Part shown: one piece after another, positions 14,654-24,000 of the stretch
Layout of the letters: each line of letters opens with the position of its first letter
How positions within the stretch are numbered: the first letter of the stretch is position 1
Source: Gordonia jinhuaensis
Lineage (GTDB): Bacteria; Actinomycetota; Actinomycetes; Mycobacteriales; Mycobacteriaceae
Direction of reading: 5' to 3'
DNA: 24,000 bases
Assembly: GCF_014639795.1 (NCBI RefSeq)
Contig: NZ_BMGC01000014.1
Span: forward strand, 26,215-50,214
Made by a program: the position numbers and the translations under genes
Notes under the pieces: generated by a model
The model's input: the letters and a program-made list of their open reading frames with translations, nothing else
Told to the model about the DNA's origin: nothing
Databases searched by the model: none

Positions 14654-15921
14654 CGCGTACCCACCTCTCCCTGCAGGTTCGGATCCGGGTTACCCGGGAC
14701 TGTTCCGGGCACGCCGGGCTTCTGGTTGTTCTGGTAGTTGCTGCCGATGCCGAAGGGCAGGTTCAGCGACGGGATGTCGACCCCGTTATTGATCTGCTTG
14801 GCCACCCCGGCGCACTGGTCGAGGATCGGTCGCAGCGTCTTGGAGAACTGCGCGAAGGCGGGGTCGCCCGGCTTGAGCCTGCCCAGGTCGAGCAGGTTGC
14901 AGGTGGCGCCGGGGAGATCCTGCAGATCCGGGATGTTCACCCGCATCGCGAGGGTGCCCGACTCCGCGTCGTAGGCGTTGATGAGGTTGTTCACCACCAG
15001 CGGCAGTTGGGTGAGGATCTCCTTCTGGTACGACTTCGTGTCGGCCAGCGTCTGCGCGGTCGGGATCAGTTCCTTCACCCGATCGCCCAGCGCCTCGCGG
15101 TTGTCCTGCACGAAGGTGGCCACATCACCGAGCGCCACCGACAGGCGATTGAGCGCGGTGCCCAGGTCTTGGCGTTCGGAGGCCAGGAAGCTGTTGAAGG
15201 AGGCCATCTGGGTGTTGAACTGACGTACCTGCGCATCGTTACGTGCGAGCATCCCGACGAAGACGTTGAGGTTCTTGACGGTGTCGACGATGTTTCCGCG
15301 CGATTCACTGAGGGTGTTGGCGGCCTTGGTGAGCTGTTCGATCGTGGTGCCCAGCGCCTCGCCGTTGCCGGACAGGTTCTTGGCACCGGTGCTCACCAGA
15401 TCCGACAGAGCCCCGTCGGAGTTGGCACCCTGCGGACCGAGTGCGGTCGAGAGCTTGTCGACGCTGGCGTAGAGCTCGTCGACCTCGACCGGGATCATCG
15501 TCTGGTCGAGCTGCAGGGTGATGTTCTTGGGCGCCACCGGCTGTCCCGGCTGCCATACCGGGGTCAGCTGGATGTAGCGGTCGGCCACGATCGACGGCGT
15601 GACCTGCACGGCCCGCACGTCGGCGGGCAGCTTGATGTCGTTGGCCACGTTCATCTTCACCCGCACTCGGTCACCCTGCGGGGTGACCTCGTCGACCGAA
15701 CCGACCTTCACACCCATCAGCCGGACGTCGGATCCCTCGTAGATTCCGATGCCGCGCTGGAAGTAGGCGGTGATGTGGGTGCGGTTCATCGCGGTGAACA
15801 CCCACCACAGCACGCCCGCCGCAATCAGCGCGACGATCAGCGTGATCACCAGGACGACGATGTGGCGCGGGGTGAACCAGCGGCCGGGTCCGGCGACGGC
15901 ACCCGATTCGGTCCTTCTCAT
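14650..15921 (-). CDS. mceD: MCE-family protein MceD
   Basis: N-terminal TM; MCE domain [43 protein letters not shown]; operon position; ATGA overlap with mceC. Confidence 0.93.
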   Translation of the reverse strand: MRRTESGAVAGPGRWFTPRHIVVLVITLIVALIAAGVLWWVFTAMNRTHITAYFQRGIGIYEGSDVRLMGVKVGSVDEVTPQGDRVRVKMNVANDIKLPADVRAVQVTPSIVADRYIQLTPVWQPGQPVAPKNITLQLDQTMIPVEVDELYASVDKLSTALGPQGANSDGALSDLVSTGAKNLSGNGEALGTTIEQLTKAANTLSESRGNIVDTVKNLNVFVGMLARNDAQVRQFNTQMASFNSFLASERQDLGTALNRLSVALGDVATFVQDNREALGDRVKELIPTAQTLADTKSYQKEILTQLPLVVNNLINAYDAESGTLAMRVNIPDLQDLPGATCNLLDLGRLKPGDPAFAQFSKTLRPILDQCAGVAKQINNGVDIPSLNLPFGIGSNYQNNQKPGVPGTVPGNPDPNLQGEVGTR

Positions 15922-16949
15922 CCGGCAGTCGCCTCCGTTCCGCCGTTATTGAGCAACTTCGTCTTCACCGGCGGGCGCGTGGTGTTCTGCTGTGGCAGTG
16001 CCGGCGGGAGGATGTTGGTGACCACCGACTCGAACCAGCGCCCGTTGCCGAGCACGTTGGAGTAGAGCCGGTAGAACGGCGCCATGTAGGTGATCGACTG
16101 TTTGAGGTTGTTGTTCTGCCGTTGCAGCAGAGCGGTGACCTGCTTGAGGGAGTCCAGCGTCGGCCCGATCTGCGCCTGGTTGTCGGCGACGATCCCCGAG
16201 AGCTGATTCGACAGCGTGATGGTGGAGTCGAGCAGCCGCGAGATGGCCTGCTGGCGCGTGTTGAGCTCGGCCAACAGATCCCCCGCCCCGGCGATCAGCT
16301 TCTGGAACTCCTGGTTGCGGTCGGCGAGGATCTTCGAGGTGTCCTTGGTGGCCTCGAGCAGCTTCTGCACCTGCTGGTCGCGGCTGGCGATGGTCTCCGA
16401 GAGCCGGGTCAGGCCGTCGAGTGCCGGTGCCACCGACTGCGGGGTGTCGGAGAATGCCTCCGAGAGCGCCTTGAAGCTGCCCGCGAGCTGATCGGTGTCG
16501 ATGTCCTGCACCTGGTTGGCCACGTCGGAGAACACCGCGATCACGTCGTAGGGCGAGGTGGTGCGGGTGATCACGGTCGTGGGGTCGGCGAGCTTGTCGC
16601 CGGCCGGGTCGAGCGCCAGATACTTCTGTCCCAGCACGGTCTTGATCTGGATCGACGCCGAGGTCTGGTTGCCGATCCAGGTGTTGTTGACCCGGAACTT
16701 CACCGCGACACGGGTGTTGTTGCCGTTGAGCCCCACCGAGGAGACCTCGCCGACCTTCACACCGGCCACGCGGACCTCGCTGCCCGACTGCAGACCCGCC
16801 GCCTCGCTGAAGTCGGCGGTGTAGGTCACCCCGGCCCCGACGTAGGGCAGTTTGGCGAGGTAGAACGCCGACACCGTCACCATCAACAGGATCAGGATGC
16901 CCAGGAACCCGATCGTGACCGGGCTGCGCTGTGTACGTAGTGCTGCCAT
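15918..16949 (-). CDS. mceC: MCE-family protein MceC
   Basis: MCE domain [35 protein letters not shown]...[14 protein letters not shown]; operon position; RBS GGGGAGGTAG. Confidence 0.93.
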   Translation of the reverse strand: MAALRTQRSPVTIGFLGILILLMVTVSAFYLAKLPYVGAGVTYTADFSEAAGLQSGSEVRVAGVKVGEVSSVGLNGNNTRVAVKFRVNNTWIGNQTSASIQIKTVLGQKYLALDPAGDKLADPTTVITRTTSPYDVIAVFSDVANQVQDIDTDQLAGSFKALSEAFSDTPQSVAPALDGLTRLSETIASRDQQVQKLLEATKDTSKILADRNQEFQKLIAGAGDLLAELNTRQQAISRLLDSTITLSNQLSGIVADNQAQIGPTLDSLKQVTALLQRQNNNLKQSITYMAPFYRLYSNVLGNGRWFESVVTNILPPALPQQNTTRPPVKTKLLNNGGTEATAG

Positions 16950-16965
16950 TGCGTGCTACCTCCCC

Positions 16966-18036
16966 TCAGCCGTTCGGGTTTCCGTTGGCCCAGCACCGGG
17001 TGGCGGCGCTGGTGTACAGGACGTGATTGATGTTGGGCAGCGGGATCAGCGGCTGCGTGAGGAGGGTGGACTTGCCGTTGCCCGCCACGATGTCGATACC
17101 GCACAGATAGAACTGGAACCACGAGCCGAACGTCGCCGCACGGCCGATCTTCTGCAGCTTCACCGGCAGGTTGGTCAGCGTCTGCTCGATGTCCTTCTGA
17201 CGGGAGTTGATCACGCCCGAGAGCTGGTTGAGCGCCGAGATCGACCCCTGGATCGACGGCCGCACCGGCCCGAGAATCGATTGGGTGACCGTGGTCAGAT
17301 TCGACACCGACGTGATCGCCGATCCCACCGAATCGCGCTGCGCGGCCAGGCCGCTGATGAACTTGGAGGTGTTGTCGAGCAACGACGTGAACTGCTTGTC
17401 GTGGTCGTTGATCACCCCGAGGACCTTGGTCAGGTTGGTGATGAGCTCACCGATCACCTGATCCTTGTCGGCGATCGAGCTGGTCAGGCTCGCGGTGTCC
17501 GACAGCAGCTCCGACAACGACCCGCCCTCGCCCTGGAACACCTTGATGATCTCACTGGAGAGCTTGTTCACGTCGTCGGCCGAGAGCTGCTGGAAGAGCG
17601 GCTTGAAGCCGTTGAACAGTTCGTTGAGGTTCAGCGCCGGATGGGTCTGGGCCAGCGGGATCTCCGACCCGCTGTGCAACATCGCACCGGCGATCTGCGG
17701 ACCCTGCTGCAGCGACACGTAGCGGATGCCGGCGACGTTCTTGAAGCGGATGTAGGCCTGTACGCCGGCGGGCAGCGAGCTGCGGTTGAGGTTGAACGAC
17801 ACCTTGGCGAGATTGCGGTCGTAGACCTCCACGTCGGTGACCTGACCCACGCGCACACCGGCGATGCGCACGTCGTCGCCCTTGTCGAGCAGGGTCGCGT
17901 CGGAGAACACCGCGGTGTAGTCGTGGTCGCCGCCGGCGCCGGAGTTGGCGATGGACACCCCGAGCATCGCCGTGGCGAAGACGGTGACCACACCGAAGAT
18001 GACGAGTTTGATCAGTGGCGAGAGAACCTCTTTCAC
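16966..18036 (-). CDS. mceB: MCE-family protein MceB
   Basis: GTG start at 18036 (VKEVLSPLIKLVIFGVV) with a GGAGGTGA-like RBS and a 4-nt GTGA overlap with mceA. Contains the MceB-typical FGSWFQFYLCGIDI. The track ORF begins upstream at 18090. Confidence 0.92.
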   Translation of the reverse strand: MKEVLSPLIKLVIFGVVTVFATAMLGVSIANSGAGGDHDYTAVFSDATLLDKGDDVRIAGVRVGQVTDVEVYDRNLAKVSFNLNRSSLPAGVQAYIRFKNVAGIRYVSLQQGPQIAGAMLHSGSEIPLAQTHPALNLNELFNGFKPLFQQLSADDVNKLSSEIIKVFQGEGGSLSELLSDTASLTSSIADKDQVIGELITNLTKVLGVINDHDKQFTSLLDNTSKFISGLAAQRDSVGSAITSVSNLTTVTQSILGPVRPSIQGSISALNQLSGVINSRQKDIEQTLTNLPVKLQKIGRAATFGSWFQFYLCGIDIVAGNGKSTLLTQPLIPLPNINHVLYTSAATRCWANGNPNG

Positions 18037-19373
18037 TTGATCGTCACCTCCGCTCCGCTCATCGCCGGGGCCATCAACGTCCCGATCCAATCCGGTACCT
18101 GTCCGGGGTCCTCCCCCGCTTCCGTGGCCACGATCGCCTTCATCGCCAGCCGATTACGCGGGTCGCTGTAGACGCTCTGGCTGACCGTGCCCGCCGGGGT
18201 GGGCGAGAACTGCGGCGACTGCAGAGACGGCATGGTGCGCGGTCCCGGGTTGCGCGAAGGCGGCTGGTAGGAGCCGTCGTTGAGCGATCCACCCGGATAC
18301 TGCGGGAACGGGTGGCCGTTGGTCGGCGGCGAGTAGCAGGTGGGTGGCCGTTCGGTGTCGAATATCCGCGGCTCGTCCTGGTTGGGCAGATACCGTCCGC
18401 GCGGGTTCACGAACTGCAGGTTCACGTGCACACCCGGGTTCTTGGTCCCCGACCCGACGATGCGTGAGGCCTCGGGGACCAGGCCCGCGAAGTTCTTGAA
18501 CGTGCAGCCGAACGCCGGCGAGTACTTGGCCAGTGCGGTCAGCAGCGGTTCGGACTTGATCGTCAGATCCAGCAGATCGGTGCGGTTGGTCTGCAGGAAA
18601 CCGGTGGTCTCCACCGACGCCTTGGTCAGCGACGAGATGAGGTTGCGCAGGTCGTTCTGCTTGGCCACCAGCGTGTTCGAGGTGGTGCGCAGGGTGTCGA
18701 GTGCGTCGATCACATCCGGCAACGCCGTCGAGTAGGTCTTGGAGAAGCTCGCCAGACCACGCAACGTGCCCTGCAGTGCGGGCATGTTCGCATTCACCCG
18801 GGAGAAGATCGTGTTCAGCTGATCGATCGTCACGCCGATCTTCTCGCCGTTGCCGTCGAGGGCCTGTGACAGCGCACCGAGGGTCACGTTGAGATCCTGC
18901 GGCGGGATCGCCTGCAGCACGGGCAGCAGCTCGTCGAACAGCTCCTGGATCTCGAGCGCGTTGCCCGAGGCGTCCTCACGGATCGTCGAACCGCTCGACA
19001 GGTGATCCGACCCGGTGCCCTCCTGGCCGGTGGGCACCTGCAACGCCACATAGCGCTCGCCGAACAGCGTCTTGGGCAGGATGCGCGCGGTGGTGTCGCG
19101 CGGCAGCAACGTGGCCTTGTCGGGGTCGAGTTTGAGCTGGACGGTGACCTGGCCGGTGTTCTCATCGGTGCTGATGGTGCCGACCTGACCGACGATCAGC
19201 CCTCTGGCCTTCACATCGGCCTTGGGCGGCAGCGAGTTACCTGCCGTGTCGGTCACGAGATCGACCTTGGTGTAGCTGGTGAACGTGTTGTTGAACTTCA
19301 GGATGGTGCCCGCGATGAACAGGGCCACCACGACGAAGAACAGCACGCCCAGCAGACGACGACGAACGACCAC
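18033..19373 (-). CDS. mceA: MCE-family protein MceA
   Basis: N-terminal TM; MCE domain (ADVKARGLIVGQVGTISTDE...TLFGERYVALQVP); first MCE gene after the yrbE pair. Confidence 0.93.
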   Translation of the reverse strand: MVVRRRLLGVLFFVVVALFIAGTILKFNNTFTSYTKVDLVTDTAGNSLPPKADVKARGLIVGQVGTISTDENTGQVTVQLKLDPDKATLLPRDTTARILPKTLFGERYVALQVPTGQEGTGSDHLSSGSTIREDASGNALEIQELFDELLPVLQAIPPQDLNVTLGALSQALDGNGEKIGVTIDQLNTIFSRVNANMPALQGTLRGLASFSKTYSTALPDVIDALDTLRTTSNTLVAKQNDLRNLISSLTKASVETTGFLQTNRTDLLDLTIKSEPLLTALAKYSPAFGCTFKNFAGLVPEASRIVGSGTKNPGVHVNLQFVNPRGRYLPNQDEPRIFDTERPPTCYSPPTNGHPFPQYPGGSLNDGSYQPPSRNPGPRTMPSLQSPQFSPTPAGTVSQSVYSDPRNRLAMKAIVATEAGEDPGQVPDWIGTLMAPAMSGAEVTIK

Positions 19374-19379
19374 TGCCCG

Positions 19380-20240
19380 CTACCCCGCCACTCGCACGGT
19401 CGTGGTGGTCCCCCAGATCGCCAGACCGAGGAAGAAGTCGAGCACCGCGATGAGCACCAGCGCCGAGCGCACCGCACGACCCACGGCGACACCCACGCCG
19501 GCGGGACCGCCATGCGCGTTGTAGCCGTAGTAGCAGTGCACCAGGATGATCACGAAGGCGAATATCAGCACCTTGCCGAACGACCAGAGCACGTCTTGCG
19601 GTGGTAAGAACAGATTGAAGTAGTGGTCGTAGGAACCGGTCGATTGCCCGTTGAACACGGTGTTGATGGTTCTCGACGCGAAGTAGGCGGCCAGCAGACC
19701 GAGTACGTAGAGCGGGATGACGGCCACGAAACCGGCGATCACGCGGGTGGTCACCAGGAACGGCACCGACGGCACCGCCATCACCTCGAGCGCGTCGATC
19801 TCCTCGGAGATCCGCATGGCGCCGAGCTGGGCGGTGAAGCCGCATCCCACCGTCGCCGACAGCGCCAGCCCGGCGACCAGCGGCGCGACCTCACGGGTGT
19901 TGACGTAGGCCGACAGGAAGCCGGTGAGCGCCTGCGAACCGATCTGGTTGAGCGCCGAGTAGCCCTGCAGGCCCACCACGACGCCGGTGAACGCCGACAT
20001 CATGATCATGACGCCGACGGTGCCCGCGATCACCGCGAGGCCACCGGTGCCGAAGGCGACCTCGGCGAGCAGCCGCAACGTCTCTTTCGGGTAGTGCACC
20101 AGGGTGCGCGGGATCCAGGCGATCGCGCGCCCGTAGAACGACATCTGGTCGCCGGCGCCGTCGAGCACCTTCAGCGGCGCCTGCGCGGTCTTGCGTGCTC
20201 GGTAGGCCAACAGGTCCGAGCGGCTCTTTGCGATAGTCAT
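19380..20240 (-). CDS. yrbEB: YrbE/MlaE-family ABC transporter permease, second of pair
   Basis: ALVAGLALSATVGCGFTAQLGAMRISEEIDALEVMAVPSVPFLVTTRVIAG is the MlaE-family signature region; multi-TM; located 6 nt upstream of mceA. Confidence 0.94.
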   Translation of the reverse strand: MTIAKSRSDLLAYRARKTAQAPLKVLDGAGDQMSFYGRAIAWIPRTLVHYPKETLRLLAEVAFGTGGLAVIAGTVGVMIMMSAFTGVVVGLQGYSALNQIGSQALTGFLSAYVNTREVAPLVAGLALSATVGCGFTAQLGAMRISEEIDALEVMAVPSVPFLVTTRVIAGFVAVIPLYVLGLLAAYFASRTINTVFNGQSTGSYDHYFNLFLPPQDVLWSFGKVLIFAFVIILVHCYYGYNAHGGPAGVGVAVGRAVRSALVLIAVLDFFLGLAIWGTTTTVRVAG

Positions 20241-20252
20241 CGTCGGGCCACC

Positions 20253-21059
20253 TCACGAACCCTTCGGCGGGACGATCTGCAGGTAGACCGCGGTCAGGAT
20301 CAGGTTGGCGAAGAACAGCAGCAGGAACGTGATGACCACGCTCTGGTTCACCGCATCGCCCACACCCTTGGGTCCGCTGCCCGGGTTGAGGCCCTTGTAG
20401 CAGGCCACCACGCCGGCCAGCACACCGAAGATGACGGCCTTGATCTCGGCGATCCACAGGTCGGGCAGCTGCGCGAGTGCGGAGAACGAGGCCAGGTAGG
20501 CGCCGGGGGTGCCCTGCTGGACGACCACGTTGAAGAAGTAGCCGCCGCCGATGCCGATCACCGACACCAGGCCGTTGAGCAGCACGGCGATGAGCACCAT
20601 CGCGAGCACACGCGGGACCACCAGACGCTGCACCGGGTTGATACCCAGCACCCGCATGGCGTCGATCTCCTCGCGGATGGTGCGCGCACCGAGGTCGGCG
20701 GCCACCGCAGAACCGGCGGCACCGGCGATCAGCAGCGACGTCACCAGCGGGGCACCCTGCTGGATCACCACCAGCACACTCGCTGCTCCGGTGAACGCCT
20801 CGGCGCCGAGCTGCTTGATCAGCGAACCGGTCTGCATCGACACGATCGCACCGAACGGGATGGCCACCAGCGCGGTCGGCAGAATCGTCACGCTCGCGAT
20901 GAACCAGGCCTGCTGGATGAACTCACGCCACTGGAAGGGGCGCACGAAAGTCTGGCGTGCCACATCGACGGCGAGCTGCACCATGTTGCCGGTCTCGGCG
21001 AATGCCGACGATCCTGCATGGGCGATCTTGTCGATGCCACGCGTGGTGGCTGTGCTCAT
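20253..21059 (-). CDS. yrbEA: YrbE/MlaE-family ABC transporter permease, first of pair
   Basis: PLVTSLLIAGAAGSAVAADLGARTIREEIDAMRVLGINPVQRLVVPRVLAM signature; multi-TM. Confidence 0.94.
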   Translation of the reverse strand: MSTATTRGIDKIAHAGSSAFAETGNMVQLAVDVARQTFVRPFQWREFIQQAWFIASVTILPTALVAIPFGAIVSMQTGSLIKQLGAEAFTGAASVLVVIQQGAPLVTSLLIAGAAGSAVAADLGARTIREEIDAMRVLGINPVQRLVVPRVLAMVLIAVLLNGLVSVIGIGGGYFFNVVVQQGTPGAYLASFSALAQLPDLWIAEIKAVIFGVLAGVVACYKGLNPGSGPKGVGDAVNQSVVITFLLLFFANLILTAVYLQIVPPKGS

Positions 21060-21151
21060 CGAGCGGCCCCCGACCGGCCGTTACCCACTGCCACGCTGCT
21101 CCTCACGACGTCACGCTCATCGGCTGTGACGTTCTCTCCCCCGTGCAACTC

Positions 21152-22441
21152 CTACCGCCCTTGGGACTTCTCGCCGGATCGATCGTCCCCGGTGGCCCCG
21201 TCACCGTGGTGACGTCCGCCGGCTGACGTCTCGTCCGACGACGAGCCGTCCTGATAGGCCGGAAACTGTTCGGTCACCGCATCCGACGGGCTGTGCCCGT
21301 TGTCGACCGAGGTGAACTGGTCGGTCTGCCCGCTCGTGTCAGCTCCGGCGGGAGCGTTGAGATCGGCCTGCGTCTCGGCACCTGCCTCGGAGCGAGCGTG
21401 TGCACCCACCCCGGCCGGCACCTGAGCGGACTCGCCGCGGTTGCGCGCGGCGACCTCGTCTTCTTCGGCCATGCTGCGGCGGATGGCCTCCTGGGCCGAC
21501 TCCGGCAGCGACGGAAGCAATTCCTTGACCCGCTCGCGGTGACGTTTGATGGCCTTGCGCTCGGGCATCCCGGGATTGGGCTGCACCTGCGGCTGGATGA
21601 TCGAGAAGTCGTCCTTGGTGCCGCCGCCGGAGATTCCCGCGGCCTGCATCGCCGCCTCCTTGGCGGCCACGGCCTCGTCCTTCTCCTCGGACATGCCGAT
21701 CGGACCGAAACGATCACCGGAGAGGAACTGCTTGACCACCGGCTCATGGGAGGTGAGCAGCACCTCGCGCGGGCCGAACATCACCAGCTCCTTGCGGAAG
21801 AGCATGCCGATGTTGTCGGGGATCGTGCGGGCAATGTTGATGTTGTGCGTCACGATCAGGATCGTCGCGTCGATCTGGGCGTTGATGTCGATGAGCAGCT
21901 GCGAGATGTAGGCCGTACGAACGGGATCCAGACCCGAGTCCGGCTCGTCGCACAGGATGATCTCCGGGTCGAGGACCAGCGCGCGGGCCAGCCCGGCGCG
22001 TTTGCGCATACCGCCGGAGATCTCACCGGGCAGCTTGTCCTCGGCCCCGGTCAGACCCACCAGGTCGACCTTCTCCATCACGATGCGACGGATCTCGTCT
22101 TCCTTCTTACGGGTGTGCTCGCGCAACGGGAAGGCGATGTTGTCGTAGAGGCTCATCGAGCCGAACAGTGCACCGTCCTGGAAGAGCACACCGAAGAGTT
22201 TGCGGATCTCGTAGAGCTCCTTGGCCGAACACTGGGTGATGTCGGTGCCGTCGACGATCACCGACCCCTGGTCGGGCTGCAGCAGACCGATCAACGTCTT
22301 CAGGAAGACCGACTTACCGGTACCGGAGGGACCCAGAAGAGCATTCACTTCGCCCGACGGAAGAGTGAGCGTGACGTCACGCCAAATCGTTTGCGAGCCG
22401 AACGACTTGGTCAGATGTTCAACGCTTACCTCGACACCCAC
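21152..22441 (-). CDS. mkl: Mce-system ABC transporter ATP-binding protein (MceG/Mkl)
   Basis: Walker A GPSGTGKS, signature SGGMRKRAGLARAL, Walker B EIILCDEPDSGLDP, switch His THN; Mkl/MlaF-like. GTG start with RBS GGAGG. 429 aa with a low-complexity C-terminal tail. Confidence 0.95.
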   Translation of the reverse strand: MGVEVSVEHLTKSFGSQTIWRDVTLTLPSGEVNALLGPSGTGKSVFLKTLIGLLQPDQGSVIVDGTDITQCSAKELYEIRKLFGVLFQDGALFGSMSLYDNIAFPLREHTRKKEDEIRRIVMEKVDLVGLTGAEDKLPGEISGGMRKRAGLARALVLDPEIILCDEPDSGLDPVRTAYISQLLIDINAQIDATILIVTHNINIARTIPDNIGMLFRKELVMFGPREVLLTSHEPVVKQFLSGDRFGPIGMSEEKDEAVAAKEAAMQAAGISGGGTKDDFSIIQPQVQPNPGMPERKAIKRHRERVKELLPSLPESAQEAIRRSMAEEDEVAARNRGESAQVPAGVGAHARSEAGAETQADLNAPAGADTSGQTDQFTSVDNGHSPSDAVTEQFPAYQDGSSSDETSAGGRHHGDGATGDDRSGEKSQGR

Positions 22442-22489
22442 CGACGAACCTCCGAACTCTGCCCCGAACGTGTGGCTGCGGTCACCCTA

Positions 22490-22506
22490 GCCTACGAGTA
22501 GTAGGC
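22490..22506. promoter_or_regulatory. Candidate operator upstream of mkl
   Basis: GCCTAC-GAGTA-GTAGGC inverted repeat overlapping a possible minus-strand -10 (TAGGCT at 22494-22489), about 50-65 nt upstream of the mkl start. Confidence 0.3.
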
Positions 22507-22737
22507 CCAGAACCGAACGCTGGCATTACGCGACGCGCCGTGGCGTCCTGCGGAGTACCCCCCAGACCGGACAAACCAGAAACGTCGCATCTCGTACTTA
22601 CTGACGGGTAACGATGCCACACGAGTCGCCAAGAGTGAAACCGATCATAGAAATCCATTCGGTGTATCGGACGCCACCTGCGGATACATGATGAAGACCG
22701 AGGAACCGTGTCGTGCGGACGACCGATAGGGGTGGGA

Positions 22738-24000
22738 ATGGGACATCGGGTTCACGCATTCGGCGACGACGCTCTCGGCCGTCTCGACGCAGTGGGGGTG
22801 GCTGCGGCGATCGCCGCCGGGGACGTCTCGCGCACCGAGGTGCTCGAGGCCGCGCTCGCACGCATCGACGCGGTCGAGCCGGAACTGCACGCCGTCGCGG
22901 TCGACGACCGGTCGGCGGCACGCCATCGCGATCGGGGCACGCACACCGCCGCGGGGTGCTTCGCGGGCGTGCCTTCTGTGATCAAGAACAACACCGCCGT
23001 GGCCGGTATCCCCACCCTGCACGGCTCGCGGGCCGTCCCCGCGACCCCCGCGACGCATGACGAACCGTTCACCACACAGTTCCGCGCCACGGGCGCGACG
23101 ATCGTCGCCGCCTCGACGCTGCCCGCCTTCGGGCTGACGGCCAGCACTGAGTTCGTCGACCGCGAACCGACCCGCAATCCCTGGGACACCGATCGCAGCG
23201 CCGGCGCCTCCTCCGGCGGATCGGCGGCCCTGGTGGCGGCCGGCGCGGTGCCGCTGGCCCAGGGCAATGACGGCGGCGGGTCCATCCGTATCCCGGCCGC
23301 GGCCTGTGGTCTGGTCGGGCTCAAACCGACTCGCGGTCGCCTCGCGGCCGCACCGCAGTCCCGGTCGATGCCGATCGATCTGGTGTGTGAGGGGGTGCTC
23401 ACGCGTACCGTGCGCGACACGGCCCGCTTCCTGGCCGAGGTCGAGCGCTTCGCCCCGGCCCGTTCACTGCCCCGGATCGGTCGGGTCGAGGCGCCGTCGT
23501 CGCGTCGCCTGCGGATCGCGGTGTTCACCGACCCGATCACCGGACCGCTCGACGCCGACACCCGCCTCGGTCTGTCGCAGACGGTGTCGGTACTCGAGTC
23601 GCTCGGCCATCGCCTCGATCCGGTCGACGTGCCCGTCGGCACCGAATTCGTCGACCAGTTCACCCTCTACTGGGGACTGATGGGTTTCGGCATCGACCAT
23701 CTCGGGGCACGTCTGTTCGGCGCCGGCTTCGATCGCACCCGGCTCGACCCGTTCACTCGGGAGCTGTCGCGACTGTTCGCGCGCAACTTCTACCGACTCC
23801 CCACAGCGCTGCGGGGCTTACGGCGGGCCAACGCTCGATTCCTCGGATTGTTCGCCGATCACGACGTGATCCTCTCTCCGACGCTCGCCCACACTCCCCC
23901 GCCGCTCGGCCATCTGAGCCCGGCCGGCGATTTCGACACCGTCTTCGAGCGTCTGGTGCGGTTTCTGGCTTTCACTCCGATCAACAACACCTCCGGCGCA
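22738..24000 (+). CDS. Amidase-signature-family enzyme, 3'-truncated by window edge
   Basis: Manual translation from ATG 22738 stays open to 24000: GVPSVIKNNTAVAGIPTLHGS, NPWDTDRSAGASSGGSAALVAAG, GNDGGGSIRIPAAACGLVGLKPTRGR (Lys-Ser-Ser catalytic arrangement). It is missing from the supplied track because it has no in-window stop. Confidence 0.93.
   Translation, partial: MGHRVHAFGDDALGRLDAVGVAAAIAAGDVSRTEVLEAALARIDAVEPELHAVAVDDRSAARHRDRGTHTAAGCFAGVPSVIKNNTAVAGIPTLHGSRAVPATPATHDEPFTTQFRATGATIVAASTLPAFGLTASTEFVDREPTRNPWDTDRSAGASSGGSAALVAAGAVPLAQGNDGGGSIRIPAAACGLVGLKPTRGRLAAAPQSRSMPIDLVCEGVLTRTVRDTARFLAEVERFAPARSLPRIGRVEAPSSRRLRIAVFTDPITGPLDADTRLGLSQTVSVLESLGHRLDPVDVPVGTEFVDQFTLYWGLMGFGIDHLGARLFGAGFDRTRLDPFTRELSRLFARNFYRLPTALRGLRRANARFLGLFADHDVILSPTLAHTPPPLGHLSPAGDFDTVFERLVRFLAFTPINNTSGA

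Noticed and set aside
22752-23663. 303-aa minus-strand ORF opposite the amidase
   Set aside because: The plus-strand frame carries a clear amidase signature throughout; the minus-strand ORF has none.

Overview
Window from a high-GC, mycolic-acid-type actinobacterium (Gordonia/Rhodococcus/Nocardia-like by protein character; genus not proven). In window order: 3' end of a TetR-family regulator (+); an antigen-85-like mycolyltransferase (+) followed by a strong intrinsic terminator; rpoC and rpoB on the minus strand; then, upstream of rpoB and co-directional with it, a complete mce lipid-importer locus. In transcription order on the minus strand the locus is mkl/mceG ATPase - yrbEA - yrbEB - mceA - mceB - mceC - mceD - mceE (lipoprotein) - mceF - two Mce-associated membrane proteins - rpoB - rpoC. 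A 5'-complete but window-truncated amidase-signature enzyme runs divergently at the right edge. I found no tRNA, rRNA, mobile element or CRISPR array, and no clearly new enzyme system. The most interesting points are: a full mce operon with its own ATPase gene directly upstream of rpoBC; low-complexity, DNA-repeat-encoded tails on both Mce-associated proteins and a disordered tail on the ATPase; an Ag85 homologue without cysteines; terminator-like structure between rpoB and rpoC; and several intergenic dyads and tandem repeats.
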